DNA of 64,000 bases, taken from an uncultured Acidobacteriota bacterium. GTDB taxonomy: Bacteria > Actinomycetota > Acidimicrobiia > Spongiisociales > ZC4RG35. Made by a program: the position numbers and the translations under genes. Positions 52,211-62,817 of this stretch are shown here, piece by piece. Under the pieces are notes generated by a model. The model had not been told where the DNA came from. It saw only the letters and a program-made list of their open reading frames with translations, and made no database searches. Position 1 is the stretch's first letter. Each line of letters begins with the position of its first letter. Location: NCBI GenBank assembly GCA_963828465.1, contig CAWHEU010000002.1, forward strand, positions 32,001 through 96,000, given 5' to 3'.

Positions 52211-53530
52211 CTATACGTGCTCTTCGGCGGCGAGCTCGCTCCACGGGGTGCGGAGGCCGTCACGAACGTTGACGATGAATGCCCGATAGTCCTTACGCAG
52301 CACCCAGACCGCCGCGATGAGGAAGACGACGCCGACCCCGATCCGGGCCTGGGCCGACTGCTGTTCCGACAGATGGCCTAGCTCCGCCAGGCCGGATTCA
52401 GCCAGTTGTGCGGCGAAAAGGCCCAGCATGACCCACGCCTCGGTCCTGCTCACTGTGCGGCTGGCCACGATCGCCACCGCGAAGACTGACTGCGCCGCAG
52501 TGACGAAGAGCTCGACCCGCTGCACGCCGTCGAGTGGCAGCCCGTGGAGGACACCGGCGAATATCGAGAAGACGATGGGCAGGGTGCCGACCAGTAGGGT
52601 CCACTGGTTCACCTTCGAGGAGATGAGGGCGCCCAGCCCGGTGCGGCTGGCCAGTCTCCAAGCAAAGAGCGTGGCCACCAACAATTCGGGTGCCTCGGAG
52701 GCGGTGGGGGCAATCCATTTGACGAGGAGAAACTCGCTGACCCCGAGCGCCTCGCCGAGCTCGATTATCGATTCGGCGAACGGCTCAGCACAGAGCAGGA
52801 TCACCCCGGCGGAAACGACGAACATGGCGTAGTTGATGATCCGACGCGTCCGCTTCGGAAGCGACCCGATGTACGCCGAAGGGCCCACCAGGTGGGGCTC
52901 GTGGGCAGGTGCCCCCGACAACCTCCGCAGGTAGAGGACGTAGATGGTGATGAGCACGACGGCGTCGAAGAGCGAGAGCTCATCCTTGAGGAAGAGGGTC
53001 AGACCGTAGACCGAGGCGATGGTCAGATAGGCGATGTCCACCGACTGGGACCGGGAGAGGTTGATCTCGGTCGCCGTGGTCCCCTCCGACTCTTCGGGAG
53101 GTTTTTGCGTTCGCCGGACTCGCCATGTGCCGATCAGGATCACCATCGGCCAACCCAGACCGATGAGGAGCTGATTGCCCCCGGTCATGTTGGCCAAGGC
53201 TAAAGGCCCGTATTGAGAGGATTGGCCGGTTTCGGCGAATTCCTGGCCTGCCTTGGCAGTGAACACGAAGTCGACGGCGTACTCGGGGAGGATGGCGATG
53301 AGGGCTAGGAGGGCCAGGGCTAGCCCGGCGGCGATGTCCATCTGAATCACCTCGGCGGCCCAGGAGAGAATGAAGGCGGCGCCGACGATCGCCATCCCGT
53401 ACAGGATCGCGGCCAGTATCGGTTCGGGATGGATGCCGGTTATACGGAGATATACCCCGGGTAGCGTCGCGGCCACGGCCAACGACATGAACAGGATCTG
53501 TTGTCGTGCGTCGGGCTTGGCAGTCTCCAT
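52211..53530 (-). CDS. Ca2+:cation antiporter (CaCA family)
   Basis: AILPEYAVD, ANMTGGN, ASEAPE, SSKVNQWTLL. Confidence 0.9.
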   Translation of the reverse strand: METAKPDARQQILFMSLAVAATLPGVYLRITGIHPEPILAAILYGMAIVGAAFILSWAAEVIQMDIAAGLALALLALIAILPEYAVDFVFTAKAGQEFAETGQSSQYGPLALANMTGGNQLLIGLGWPMVILIGTWRVRRTQKPPEESEGTTATEINLSRSQSVDIAYLTIASVYGLTLFLKDELSLFDAVVLITIYVLYLRRLSGAPAHEPHLVGPSAYIGSLPKRTRRIINYAMFVVSAGVILLCAEPFAESIIELGEALGVSEFLLVKWIAPTASEAPELLVATLFAWRLASRTGLGALISSKVNQWTLLVGTLPIVFSIFAGVLHGLPLDGVQRVELFVTAAQSVFAVAIVASRTVSRTEAWVMLGLFAAQLAESGLAELGHLSEQQSAQARIGVGVVFLIAAVWVLRKDYRAFIVNVRDGLRTPWSELAAEEHV

Positions 53531-53594
53531 CGAGCGGCGAGATTCTAAGAGGGCCACCGGTTATTGCCGATTCCGGGTCGGTCAGACCCCCGGA

Positions 53595-53771
53595 TCAGTC
53601 TTCGGACCACTCGGGATCATTGTCCCACTCGCGGTTGCGACGCTCCACGGTCTCCAGCGCCTTGGCCGCCTCCTCCCGGGTGGGGAAAGGCCCGATTCGG
53701 ACCGCGGCCCGGCACCCGTCGGCGGGCTCCACGGTGCGGTGGTCCAGGCAGTAGAACCACTCCTCTTCCAT
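53595..53771 (-). CDS. Small conserved actinobacterial protein
   Basis: WFYCLDHRTVE..GC..RIGPFPTREEA..ALE..RN..WD. Confidence 0.8.
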   Translation of the reverse strand: MEEEWFYCLDHRTVEPADGCRAAVRIGPFPTREEAAKALETVERRNREWDNDPEWSED

Positions 53772-53791
53772 CACTCCGCCGGAAGCGACCG

Positions 53792-54967
53792 TCAACCCAG
53801 CACCCTCCGGCAGGACCATGGGCCCCAGAACCCCTTGCCGAGCTCCTGATAGCGGTTGGCCAGCCAGGCGGCGGTCCCGATGTTCGCTTCGGCGTCGAAG
53901 GCACTGGCCCCAGAGAAGCCGGCATTGGGAGACGCCGAGGCCCAGGTCGATGGGAGAAACTGATACAGGCCCGACGCACCCGAGTACGGGTTGTAGGCAT
54001 CGGCGTCTCCGAGGCTCTCACATTGCAGGACGGCGAGTGCCTCATCGACGCGGCTCGAAGGGAAGTACGCCTGCACGAGAGACCTCCACCGTTCGACGGC
54101 GGGTGGGAAGTCCCAATCACTTCCGCCGCCACCGCCCCCTCCACTTCCATCGGTGGTATCGGGCGTCTCGGGCGGGGGCGTGGTTGTAGCCGGCGCCGCC
54201 TCCTCCCCTTCGGGTGGAGGTGGCGGGGTTGTTGTGGGTGCCCGCTCCTCCTGACGTCGCCGCTCCTCCTCTCGTGCCTGGGCGGCGTCCACTGCGCTGA
54301 GGGCATCTCGATGGGCGGCATCGGCGGCGCTCGCCTCCCTGACGGCACGGCCGACCGCGGCGTCAGCCTCGTCATAGAGGGCGGCCAGGTGCTCGATCTC
54401 GGCGTCGACCTCGGCTCTGAGTGCTGCCACCCGCTCCTGTTGCTCCCGGTAATCGATCTGTAGACGCTCCAGGGCGTCCCTCCTCACAACGAGCTCGTTG
54501 ACCCTGGCTGCTCCGGCGGTGACGACGTCGCCGACCACCTGCCCGGTCACCATCGCCTGTTCGACATTCGCCGTGTTGACGAAGCTCACCCCCGGGCCCA
54601 CCAGAGCGTCCATGTATGCGTCGACTGCATGACTCTCGATGTCGGCCTCGATCCCGGTGAGCTCGGCATCGCCATGGGCTATCTGGGCCTTGAGACTGTC
54701 GAGGTCGGACGAAACGGCGGACAACTCTGCGGAGAGGTCGCTGATCCGGGTGATGCTGACGGCGAGCTCGGACTCGATCTCGGCCCTCCGGCTGACTGCC
54801 GTGTCGACCAGCCCGGCGGCGACCTCTGCCTGCCGCTCCGCTGCTTCCGCCTCCTGCTCCGACTCGTCGACGGTCTGGGCGCGAGCTGGATGGTCGTCGT
54901 ATGGGACCACGCCGAGGGCGAAGGTCGAGACAAGGGCGAGGAGGGTCAAGAAGCGCAGCACACGCAT
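53792..54967 (-). CDS. Secreted coiled-coil protein with C-terminal lytic transglycosylase (SLT-like) domain
   Basis: Signal peptide, coiled coil, P/T linker, CESLG..SGASGLYQFLPSTW. Confidence 0.88.
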   Translation of the reverse strand: MRVLRFLTLLALVSTFALGVVPYDDHPARAQTVDESEQEAEAAERQAEVAAGLVDTAVSRRAEIESELAVSITRISDLSAELSAVSSDLDSLKAQIAHGDAELTGIEADIESHAVDAYMDALVGPGVSFVNTANVEQAMVTGQVVGDVVTAGAARVNELVVRRDALERLQIDYREQQERVAALRAEVDAEIEHLAALYDEADAAVGRAVREASAADAAHRDALSAVDAAQAREEERRRQEERAPTTTPPPPPEGEEAAPATTTPPPETPDTTDGSGGGGGGGSDWDFPPAVERWRSLVQAYFPSSRVDEALAVLQCESLGDADAYNPYSGASGLYQFLPSTWASASPNAGFSGASAFDAEANIGTAAWLANRYQELGKGFWGPWSCRRVLG

Positions 54968-55044
54968 TAGAACCCGAGGAGCGTAATGAATGGTCATGGG
55001 CACGAGAAGTGCAGATCGTTGCCATGGGCTAGCGTGCCCGTCCT

Positions 55045-55425
55045 ATGGAACGGGTGAATGTGCAGTCGGGGAGCCCGTTCGAGGCTGCAATTGGCTTCAG
55101 CCGCGCCGTGCGTGTGGGCGAGCGGGTCGTCGTGTCCGGCACCGCCCCGATCTGGCCCGACGGCTCGGTGGACCCTGACCCGCTGGCCCAAGCCCGACGC
55201 TGCCTGGAGATCATGCTCAGCGCCCTCGGAGAGGCGGGTGGGAGGGCGGAGGACGTGGTTCGGACCAGGACCTATCTGCTCGACGCCTCGGATGCGAAAC
55301 AGGTGGGGGAGGCGCATCACGAAGTGTTCTCGGGAATCAGACCGGCCTCGACAATGGTTGTTGTGAGCGGATTGCTCGACCCCCGTTGGAAGGTCGAGAT
55401 GGAGCTCGAAGCGGTCATTGCCTGA
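55045..55425 (+). CDS. RidA family protein
   Basis: GFSRAVRVG, SGTAP, DVVRTR, RPAST, VEMELEA. Confidence 0.92.
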   Translation: MERVNVQSGSPFEAAIGFSRAVRVGERVVVSGTAPIWPDGSVDPDPLAQARRCLEIMLSALGEAGGRAEDVVRTRTYLLDASDAKQVGEAHHEVFSGIRPASTMVVVSGLLDPRWKVEMELEAVIA

Positions 55426-55446
55426 CTGCCCACGTTGGAGGTTGCA

Positions 55447-56082
55447 ATGTTTGGACGTAGGAAGACCGAGATGCCGGATGCTGGGGCAGCTCTTCCCGGA
55501 CGTTCCACGGCGGTGGAGGTTCCCCCGGCCCATTTCGTCAACGGGAACCCACTCGTGGGGCCCTTCCCGGAAGGGACCGAGACGGCGGTATTCGGGATGG
55601 GTTGCTTCTGGGGCGCCGAGCGGCGGTTCTGGAAAATGGATGGCGTCTACAGCACGTCGGCCGGTTACGCGGGCGGATACACGCCCAACCCGACCTACGA
55701 AGAGGTGTGCACCGGTCGTACCGGTCATTCGGAGGTTGTGCTCGTTGCCTATCGACCCGAGCAGGTCTCCTACGAGGAGCTCCTGAAGGTGTTCTGGGAG
55801 ACACATGACCCGACTCAGGGGATGCAACAGGGCAACGACATCGGATCTCAGTATCGATCTGCCATCTACACCACGACAGACGAGCAGCTGGAGATCGCCA
55901 AGTGGTCCCGGGACAAGTACCAGGCCGAGTTGACGCCGTTGGGCTTCGACGACATCACCACGGAGATCACACCGCTGGGCGAGTACTACTACGCCGAGGA
56001 CTACCACCAGCAGTACCTGGCCAAGAACCCACACGGATACGACTGCCACGCCAACACCGGGATCGCTTACCCGGTGGGCTGA
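55447..56082 (+). CDS. msrA: Peptide-methionine (S)-S-oxide reductase
   Basis: [37 protein letters not shown]. Confidence 0.97.
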   Translation: MFGRRKTEMPDAGAALPGRSTAVEVPPAHFVNGNPLVGPFPEGTETAVFGMGCFWGAERRFWKMDGVYSTSAGYAGGYTPNPTYEEVCTGRTGHSEVVLVAYRPEQVSYEELLKVFWETHDPTQGMQQGNDIGSQYRSAIYTTTDEQLEIAKWSRDKYQAELTPLGFDDITTEITPLGEYYYAEDYHQQYLAKNPHGYDCHANTGIAYPVG

Positions 56083-56111
56083 GCTTCAAGCGCTCAGTCT
56101 CTATATCGCGT

Positions 56112-57572
56112 CTACGCCGGGTCGGTTTTGTCGCCCAGGGTCACCGAGGCGGCCAGTGCCTCTTGGACCACGGTCTCGACTGGCAAGTCGGCCTCGATGT
56201 CCGCTTTCACGTCAGGGGTGACTCCCACCGACCCGAAATCGTGGCCCTCGGGAGTCAACCAGCGGGCGATCGTGAGCTTGAGCGCCCCGGTGTTCGATAG
56301 GGCGAATCTCTGCTGGACGGTGTTCTTGCCGAAGGTGTTGTCGCCGACCACGGTTGCTCTGCCCCTTTCCTGAAGCACCGCCGACACGACTTCCGAGGCG
56401 GAAGCGCTGCCCTCGTTGACGATGACGATCACTCCCATGTCTTCGGGAACGATCGGGTTTCCCGTGGTGGGGTAAGAAGTCGATGAATCGGGCCCCTCGG
56501 TGACGACGACGTCTCCGTCGGGGAGGAAGGCCGAGGCCACCTCGATTGCCGTGTCGAGGAGTCCTCCGGGATTGTTCCGCATGTCGAGCACGATGGACTC
56601 GACACCCTGGTCGAGCAGCGTTCCAACGTGCTCCACGAAAAGCTCGTCGGCGTTGTCCGTGAATGCATTGAGCCCGATGTAGCCGGTTTCTCCGACGACC
56701 TCGCTGACTACGGCCTGGACGATGAACGAGGCGCGGGTGATGGTCACGTCGAAGACTTTTCCCTCCCTTTCGATGTTCAGCACCACGTCCGAGCCCGCCG
56801 GGCCCCGCACCGTTGCGGTGACTTCGTCCACAGTCCAACCGGAGATGTCGGTGCCATCCACGCCCAGGATCAAATCGTCCGGTTGGAGACCGGCGGTGTC
56901 GGCGGGAGTGCCATCGACGGTCGAGACGATGTGGATGATGCAGGTGTCGGAGATGATGTTGCAATCCTCCCCGCTGGCCGAGTCCTCGGCAGTGACGAGG
57001 GCACCTATCCCCTGGATCTCGCCCGCTTGCTCCTCCTCGAGCAGGTCCACCGCCTCGGGGTCGAGGTACACAGAATGGGGGTCGAGACCGAAAGTTGCCA
57101 TGCCATGGACCATCGCTTCGGCGGCTTCGGCGCCGGTCTCGGCTTGAGTGAGTGCGGCCTCGCAGGTCTCGAGGAAGGGGGTGGCCGGTGCGACGCAGAC
57201 CAGCTCGGATCCGGAGCTTGCCCCGCCCAGAGCTTCCAAGCCGTGGGCGGCTGCCCCGGCCAGCTCGGCATCCGATATCTCGTCGACGTAGTGACGACGA
57301 ATCAGGTCGTAGGTCTCACAAACGATCTCCACTTCGGGCTCGACGGCGTCGCATCCGACCAGGCGCATTGGACGTCCGGCAGTCGCCGTGGTGACCGGTG
57401 CCTCGTCGGCCTGCTGGGTCGTGGGAGAAGAGGGCGCCGTCGGCGTCGGGGCGTTCTCGACGACATCGCAGGCCGTCAGAACCATGCTCGAGGCGAGCAG
57501 GAACGAGACGAGGCGCGTGCGGCCCATTGCTCGGGGCTGCCCGGCAGTGCTCATGGAGGCTCGCTTCGCCAT
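56112..57572 (-). CDS. S41 carboxyl-terminal processing protease (lipoprotein, PDZ)
   Basis: LTAC lipobox, DPHS, GIG, DMRNNPGG, SASASE, TFGK. Confidence 0.92.
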   Translation of the reverse strand: MAKRASMSTAGQPRAMGRTRLVSFLLASSMVLTACDVVENAPTPTAPSSPTTQQADEAPVTTATAGRPMRLVGCDAVEPEVEIVCETYDLIRRHYVDEISDAELAGAAAHGLEALGGASSGSELVCVAPATPFLETCEAALTQAETGAEAAEAMVHGMATFGLDPHSVYLDPEAVDLLEEEQAGEIQGIGALVTAEDSASGEDCNIISDTCIIHIVSTVDGTPADTAGLQPDDLILGVDGTDISGWTVDEVTATVRGPAGSDVVLNIEREGKVFDVTITRASFIVQAVVSEVVGETGYIGLNAFTDNADELFVEHVGTLLDQGVESIVLDMRNNPGGLLDTAIEVASAFLPDGDVVVTEGPDSSTSYPTTGNPIVPEDMGVIVIVNEGSASASEVVSAVLQERGRATVVGDNTFGKNTVQQRFALSNTGALKLTIARWLTPEGHDFGSVGVTPDVKADIEADLPVETVVQEALAASVTLGDKTDPA

Positions 57573-57613
57573 GCTCCATTATCGGTCCGGGTCGGCCATT
57601 ACCGTCGCGGAAG

Positions 57614-58681
57614 ATGCATCTTCGAGTCACGCTTCGTGTAGCGGGTGGGGCAACGGTCACACGTGACACCAGGGATGGCTGGTGGGTGGAGCCTTGGGGA
57701 GAGCCTGAGGAGGTCATGTCTTCCGATCTCTGGGCCTTGCCCGGCCTGGTCGATGGTCATGCCCATCTCGCTCAGGGCGGCGTTGAGATCCGTCCGGGAG
57801 ACCTCGATGGAGCCGCCGTTCTCGCGAAGATGGCACTCGGAGCGGGTGTCGGGTTGATCCTCGACAAGGGATGGCGTGACCTCACCGTCGTTCACTTGAT
57901 CGACAAAGTCCCGGCAGCGGAACGCCCCGAGATAGAGGCAGCAGGAGTGGTCCTCACCGTCGATGGTGGTTTCTGGGAGGGCTTCGGCCGAAATGTCGCT
58001 CCCGGCGAAATCGGCAACGTGGCCGCAGTCGCCGCAGGCGAGGGTGCCGGCTGGGTCAAGCTGATCGGTGACTGGCCGAGGAAGGGCGTCGGCCCGGTTG
58101 CCAACTTCAATGAGGAGGAGTTGAAGGAGGCGGTGGCTGCCGCCAGAGAGCACGATGCCAGGGTGGCGGTCCACACCATGGCTCGGGAGGTCCCGTCCAT
58201 GGCTGTGCGGGCAGGAGTCGATTCCATCGAGCACGGGCTGTTTCTGACCGACGACGACCTGGAGATGCTGGGGGCCCGGGGAGGCTGCTGGGTGCCGACG
58301 GTCCTTCAAACGGAGGCAACGATCGAACAACTCGGTGAGAGGTCGTCGGGCGGGCGGTTGCTGCTCCAGGGCCTAGAGAACGTGAGGGCGAGGCTCGGAA
58401 CTGCCGTCGAGGCCGGCGTCCATGTGCTCACTGGCACCGATCTCGCCATCGGGACCCATCAGGTGGCGTCGGAGGCGATCCGTCTCTGGGAGTTGGGCTT
58501 GGCTGCCGCGGCAGTGATCGAAGCCGTCTCCTGGTCGGGGTTCAGATCGACCGGCCGTCCGGTCGGGTTCGACCTCGGCGGGCCGGCCAATGCCGTCTTG
58601 TTTTCGGAGGACCCTGTTTCGAACCCGCGGGTGCTCGCCGACCCCGCTGCCGTCATCCGAATGGGTCGGATCGTGTCATGA
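57614..58681 (+). CDS. Amidohydrolase family protein
   Basis: LPGLVDGHAH, WVKL, VAVH, SIEHG, GTD. Confidence 0.88.
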   Translation: MHLRVTLRVAGGATVTRDTRDGWWVEPWGEPEEVMSSDLWALPGLVDGHAHLAQGGVEIRPGDLDGAAVLAKMALGAGVGLILDKGWRDLTVVHLIDKVPAAERPEIEAAGVVLTVDGGFWEGFGRNVAPGEIGNVAAVAAGEGAGWVKLIGDWPRKGVGPVANFNEEELKEAVAAAREHDARVAVHTMAREVPSMAVRAGVDSIEHGLFLTDDDLEMLGARGGCWVPTVLQTEATIEQLGERSSGGRLLLQGLENVRARLGTAVEAGVHVLTGTDLAIGTHQVASEAIRLWELGLAAAAVIEAVSWSGFRSTGRPVGFDLGGPANAVLFSEDPVSNPRVLADPAAVIRMGRIVS

Positions 58682-59271
58682 GGCTCGTGCTCGCCTCGGG
58701 GTCACCGCGCCGCCGCGAACTGCTGGAGCGGCTCGGTCTCGACTTCGACGTCGTCGCTCCCGATGTCGACGAGACCAGATATCCCGACGAGGCGCCCGCC
58801 GCATATGTGGACAGGGTGGCTCGATCCAAGTCCGCAGCCGTGGCCGGCGATGGCCTGATCGTGCTTGCCGCCGACACCATCGTGGTCCACGAGGGGAGGG
58901 TCATGGGCAAGCCCGGTCATCCCGAGGAGGCGCGGACGATGCTGCGACGAATCGAGGGGGATGTTCATGAGGTTTTCACCGGGTTGGCCATTGGGGCCTG
59001 GGATACCGGGGCGCAGATCAAATCAGTTGTCGATGTCGCCGAGGTCACCATGCTTCCCATGACGGAGGAGGAGATCGCGTGGTACGTCGGCACCGGTGAG
59101 CCCCTGGACAAGGCCGGGGGGTATGCCCTTCAAGGTCTTGGCGGGCTGTTCGTGGGCAAGGTGGTCGGGAGCCCGTTCACGGTGATTGGTCTGCCAATTC
59201 ACCTGATCGCCCGTCTTTTGTCCGCCTCCGGTGTTGATCTGACGGCCTTCAGAAACAACGCCTCCGGGTAA
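58678..59271 (+). CDS. maf: Maf nucleotide pyrophosphatase
   Basis: LASGSPRRRELL, AADTIV, GKP, DKAGGYALQG, VIGLP. Confidence 0.95.
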   Translation: MRLVLASGSPRRRELLERLGLDFDVVAPDVDETRYPDEAPAAYVDRVARSKSAAVAGDGLIVLAADTIVVHEGRVMGKPGHPEEARTMLRRIEGDVHEVFTGLAIGAWDTGAQIKSVVDVAEVTMLPMTEEEIAWYVGTGEPLDKAGGYALQGLGGLFVGKVVGSPFTVIGLPIHLIARLLSASGVDLTAFRNNASG

Positions 59272-59280
59272 CTTGACCCT

Positions 59281-60279
59281 ATGAACCGCACCGCCTGGAT
59301 CCTGACGGGTCTGTTCGTGGTTCTCGTGGTGACCGTCATTTTCCTCGTGGGCCGGAACGATGAAACGGACCCTTCGACGACCACCACGTCCGTCGGCACG
59401 ACGACGACGACCCTGGACGACAACACGTCCACCACCTCCGGGGCCACCACCACCACCACCAGCACTTCGGTAGCGACAACGACGACTCTCGCCCCCACCA
59501 CCACCACGACGGCCGCGACAACCACGACTTCCGTTGCCGTTGCGGGCAACTGGGCCGCCACGCCGATGGTCGCGGCAGGATTCGGCGCACTGGGTTGGTG
59601 GGACGGCGCCAGCTGGGTTCAGGTCGATCCAGGCACGGCACTCCCCGTCGCCGGTGGTGAGGACTATCAAGTTGCGCTGATCGGGCTGGAGGCGATCGTT
59701 GCCGCAGGTGCCCCGACGACTTTGTGCGAGCCGCTCAACAACCCGGGCGTGGTGTTCGAGAACGAGCAGGTCCTCGGTGACTGGCCAGGGCCTGTCGGAG
59801 TGGGTATCACGGCGCCGTGGTTGATCGTGCCGCATCTGGTCGAGCAGATCGAGGATGACGGCACCTACTCCGCTTTCGCCGCCGAGCTCCTCGCCGAGCG
59901 TGGCCTCGATGTTCCCGATCCGGCGATGAAACAGATCGTGCAGGTCGATCTCGAGGGAGACGGGGTCAACGAGGTCCTGGTAGTGGCCGAGGACGTCAGC
60001 GAGGGTGTAGTGGCGCAGGACGGCGACTATTCGATTGCCTTCGTGAGACGGACGGTGGGCGGGGATGTGCAGACCGACATCCTGGGCGAGTCGGTGATCG
60101 TCACCGCGGATGGACCCTTCATGAACTCCTACTCGGTTGGCGCGGTAGCGGATCTGAATGGCGACGCCAGGATGGAGATCGTCCTGACCATTGCCTACTA
60201 CGAGGGGATCGGCGTGGAGGTGTGGGAGTACGGAGATGGAGGACCGGCACTCAGGATCTCATCCGGTTGTGGTGCCTGA
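59281..60279 (+). CDS. Membrane-anchored exported protein with Thr-rich stalk
   Basis: N-terminal TM, poly-Thr linker, DLEGDG and DLNGDA Ca-binding-like loops. Confidence 0.8.
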   Translation: MNRTAWILTGLFVVLVVTVIFLVGRNDETDPSTTTTSVGTTTTTLDDNTSTTSGATTTTTSTSVATTTTLAPTTTTTAATTTTSVAVAGNWAATPMVAAGFGALGWWDGASWVQVDPGTALPVAGGEDYQVALIGLEAIVAAGAPTTLCEPLNNPGVVFENEQVLGDWPGPVGVGITAPWLIVPHLVEQIEDDGTYSAFAAELLAERGLDVPDPAMKQIVQVDLEGDGVNEVLVVAEDVSEGVVAQDGDYSIAFVRRTVGGDVQTDILGESVIVTADGPFMNSYSVGAVADLNGDARMEIVLTIAYYEGIGVEVWEYGDGGPALRISSGCGA

Positions 60280-60685
60280 TGGAGAATCCGTTCCTCGATC
60301 GCCCCACCTATGTCGGTCACACCGGCATCGAGCTCACCGATGCCACGCCTGACTCCTGTGAGGGTCGATTGGTGATCGAGGCCATACACCATCAGCCCTA
60401 CGGGGTGGTCCACGGCGGGGTCTATTGCACCTTGATCGAGACCCTTGCTTCATCCGGGGCCGCCCTGTGGGCGATTCAGAACGGCATGGCCGGTTGTGTC
60501 GGGGTGTCCAACCAGACCGATTTCATTCGAGCGACCACCGAGGGCGTCCTTATTGGCTCGGCGACACCCATACACCGGGGCCGCACCCAGCAGCTTTGGC
60601 AGGTCGCCGTCACCGCGAGGACGACGGGAAGCTCGTCGCCCGGGGCCAGGTCCGCCTGCAAAACATCAACTCCACCGAGTTCTAG
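60279..60685 (+). CDS. PaaI family thioesterase (frameshift near 60612)
   Basis: HQPYGVVHGG..E, PIHRGRTQQLWQV, ARGQVRLQN. Confidence 0.9.
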
Positions 60686-60696
60686 AATCTGCTGCG

Positions 60697-61809
60697 ATGC
60701 TCCGCATCGGCCCCCTCATCGTCGATCCACCCGTCGTGCTCGCCCCGATGGCCGGGATCACCAATGCCCCATTCCGGCGTCTGTGCCGCGAGTACGGGGC
60801 AGGTCTCTACGTGTCCGAGATGATCGGCGCCCGCGGTCTCGTCGAAGGAGACGAGAAGACACGCCAGTTGGCCAGTTTCGCCCCGGACGAGACCCCCCGC
60901 TCGATCCAGCTGTACGGCACCGACCCCGGGTCTCTCGGCGACGCCGTTTCCTATTTGGTCGAGGTCGAGCAGGTCGACCACATCGACATGAACTTCGGCT
61001 GCCCGATGGGAAAGGTGACACGGCACGGAGGCGGCGCAGCCCTTCCCTGGAAGCGAGATCTGTTCCGATCAATCGTGGCGGCTGCGGTCTCCAGGGCCGG
61101 GTCGGTTCCGGTGACGGTGAAATTTCGCAAGGGAATCGACGACGACCACCTCACATATCTCGAGACCGGGCTCACGGCCGAAGAGGAGGGGGCGTCGGCA
61201 GTGGCGCTCCATGCGAGGACGGCCCGTCAGCTCTATTCAGGAAGCGCCGATTGGGAGGCCATAGGCAGGCTGAAGGAGGTGGTTACCTCGATCCCGGTCC
61301 TGGGCAATGGCGACATCTGGACCGCGACCGATGCGATCGAAATGATGACGCGGACCGGATGTGATGGGGTGGTGGTGGGCAGGGGGTGCCTGGGGCGGCC
61401 CTGGTTGTTCCGGGATCTGGTCGATGCGATGACCGGCCGCCCGGATCAGCCTCCGCCCGACTCGGGCGCGGTGGCCCGGGTCATGGTCCGGCACGCAGGC
61501 CTGCTGGTCGACCACTTCGGCGAGCGGGTCGGGATCGCACTGTTTCGGAAGCACCCCTCGTGGTACCTCAAGGGGTTCCCGGCTGGACCGCAGATGCGCG
61601 ATGCCCTGGCCAGGGTGGAGTCGTTGGACCAACTCGAGAGTCATCTGGCCGGCTGGGACCAGGACATTCCCTTCCCCGAGGAGGCAAACCACATGGTGCG
61701 CGGCCATTCCCACGGCCCCCGCCCGGTCCGCCTCCCCCACGGCTTCCTCGACCACCGCGAAGGCGACCGTCTGGGCCGGGAGGCGGAACAGGTGATCAGC
61801 GGAGGTTGA
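60697..61809 (+). CDS. dusB: tRNA-dihydrouridine synthase
   Basis: LAPMAGIT, SIQLYG, DMNFGCP, VKFRKG, LHART, GNGDI, GRG.LGRPWLF. Confidence 0.94.
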   Translation: MLRIGPLIVDPPVVLAPMAGITNAPFRRLCREYGAGLYVSEMIGARGLVEGDEKTRQLASFAPDETPRSIQLYGTDPGSLGDAVSYLVEVEQVDHIDMNFGCPMGKVTRHGGGAALPWKRDLFRSIVAAAVSRAGSVPVTVKFRKGIDDDHLTYLETGLTAEEEGASAVALHARTARQLYSGSADWEAIGRLKEVVTSIPVLGNGDIWTATDAIEMMTRTGCDGVVVGRGCLGRPWLFRDLVDAMTGRPDQPPPDSGAVARVMVRHAGLLVDHFGERVGIALFRKHPSWYLKGFPAGPQMRDALARVESLDQLESHLAGWDQDIPFPEEANHMVRGHSHGPRPVRLPHGFLDHREGDRLGREAEQVISGG

Positions 61810-61869
61810 CCCTTCTGCGTCGGCGTAGGCCCATAGGTGGGCCCACGTACCTCATGTCCGCGGTTCGCG

Positions 61870-62772
61870 CTATTCGCGCTCGGCGTAGCCGGCGACCGCC
61901 GAGAGCATGAGGTGGGCCATGGCGTCGAGAGTGAGCCCGTCCTGATCGGCCTCCGGGTCGACCTCGACGAAGTCGATCGAGGCCACCTTGGGATTGCGGG
62001 CACATCGGCGTACCCCCTCGGCCAGATCGCGCACCGTGAGCCCTCCCGGCCTGGCCCCGGGGCAGCCGGGCGCATAGGCGCGGTCGAGCACGTCGATGTC
62101 GACGTCGACATGGACCGCGTCGGTCTTCACCGCCACCACCGTCAGGGCGTCCTCCACAACCGATCCGATGCCGCGTTGTGCGATGTCGTCGACGGTCAGA
62201 ACTGTGATCCCCCGCTCGTCGCAGTAGGCGCGGTACTCGGCGGAGTTGGCAAACGAGTGGATCCCGATCTGCGCCACGTTCTCACCGGGCAGACCGTCCT
62301 CGTCGATGAGACCTCGCACCGGGGTCCCGTTGGTCGGCCCGAGATCGAGAGTGCGGACGTCGTGATGTGCATCGAAGGTGATCAGCCCGATCCGGCTCCT
62401 GTCCGGAGATAACGATCTGACCAGGGGACGGGTGATGGCGTTGTCACCACCGAGGTAGATGGTCAACAGGTCGCGCGCCAGCTTGCCGGCCAGCCTTTCG
62501 ACTTCTTCCGGCATCTGATGCATATCGAGATCGGAGACCGCCCAGTTGCCCTCGTCACGGACGGTGACGCCACTGAAATCGACGCCCCATTCGCCGTGGA
62601 AGGTGGAGAATCGGCTGAGTCGATCACGGACCTCGAGCGGGCTCAGGTCGGCCCGCGATGGCGACAACGAGGCGCGGGACGAAGGCACACCGACCACCAG
62701 GATCTCCGGGTCCGGATGCTCCTGGGCGAGCCAGACATCGGCGCGCGGCCAGTGCGGGTCATTGATCGGCAT
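61870..62772 (-). CDS. hutG: Formimidoylglutamase (arginase/agmatinase family)
   Basis: GGDN, DAHHD, DVDIDVLD..PG; directly downstream of hutU. Confidence 0.8.
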   Translation of the reverse strand: MPINDPHWPRADVWLAQEHPDPEILVVGVPSSRASLSPSRADLSPLEVRDRLSRFSTFHGEWGVDFSGVTVRDEGNWAVSDLDMHQMPEEVERLAGKLARDLLTIYLGGDNAITRPLVRSLSPDRSRIGLITFDAHHDVRTLDLGPTNGTPVRGLIDEDGLPGENVAQIGIHSFANSAEYRAYCDERGITVLTVDDIAQRGIGSVVEDALTVVAVKTDAVHVDVDIDVLDRAYAPGCPGARPGGLTVRDLAEGVRRCARNPKVASIDFVEVDPEADQDGLTLDAMAHLMLSAVAGYAERE

Positions 62773-62817
62773 TGGGGATCAGCGTATAGGTGCTCCGGTT
62801 GCGATCCCTAAACGGTT

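Noticed and set aside
59376-59530. ACC/ACG trinucleotide runs
   Set aside because: They encode a Thr-rich linker, not a CRISPR array or independent repeat
60222-61364. Long PaaI ORF overlapping dusB
   Set aside because: Frameshift near 60612; the true PaaI tail ends at TAG 60685
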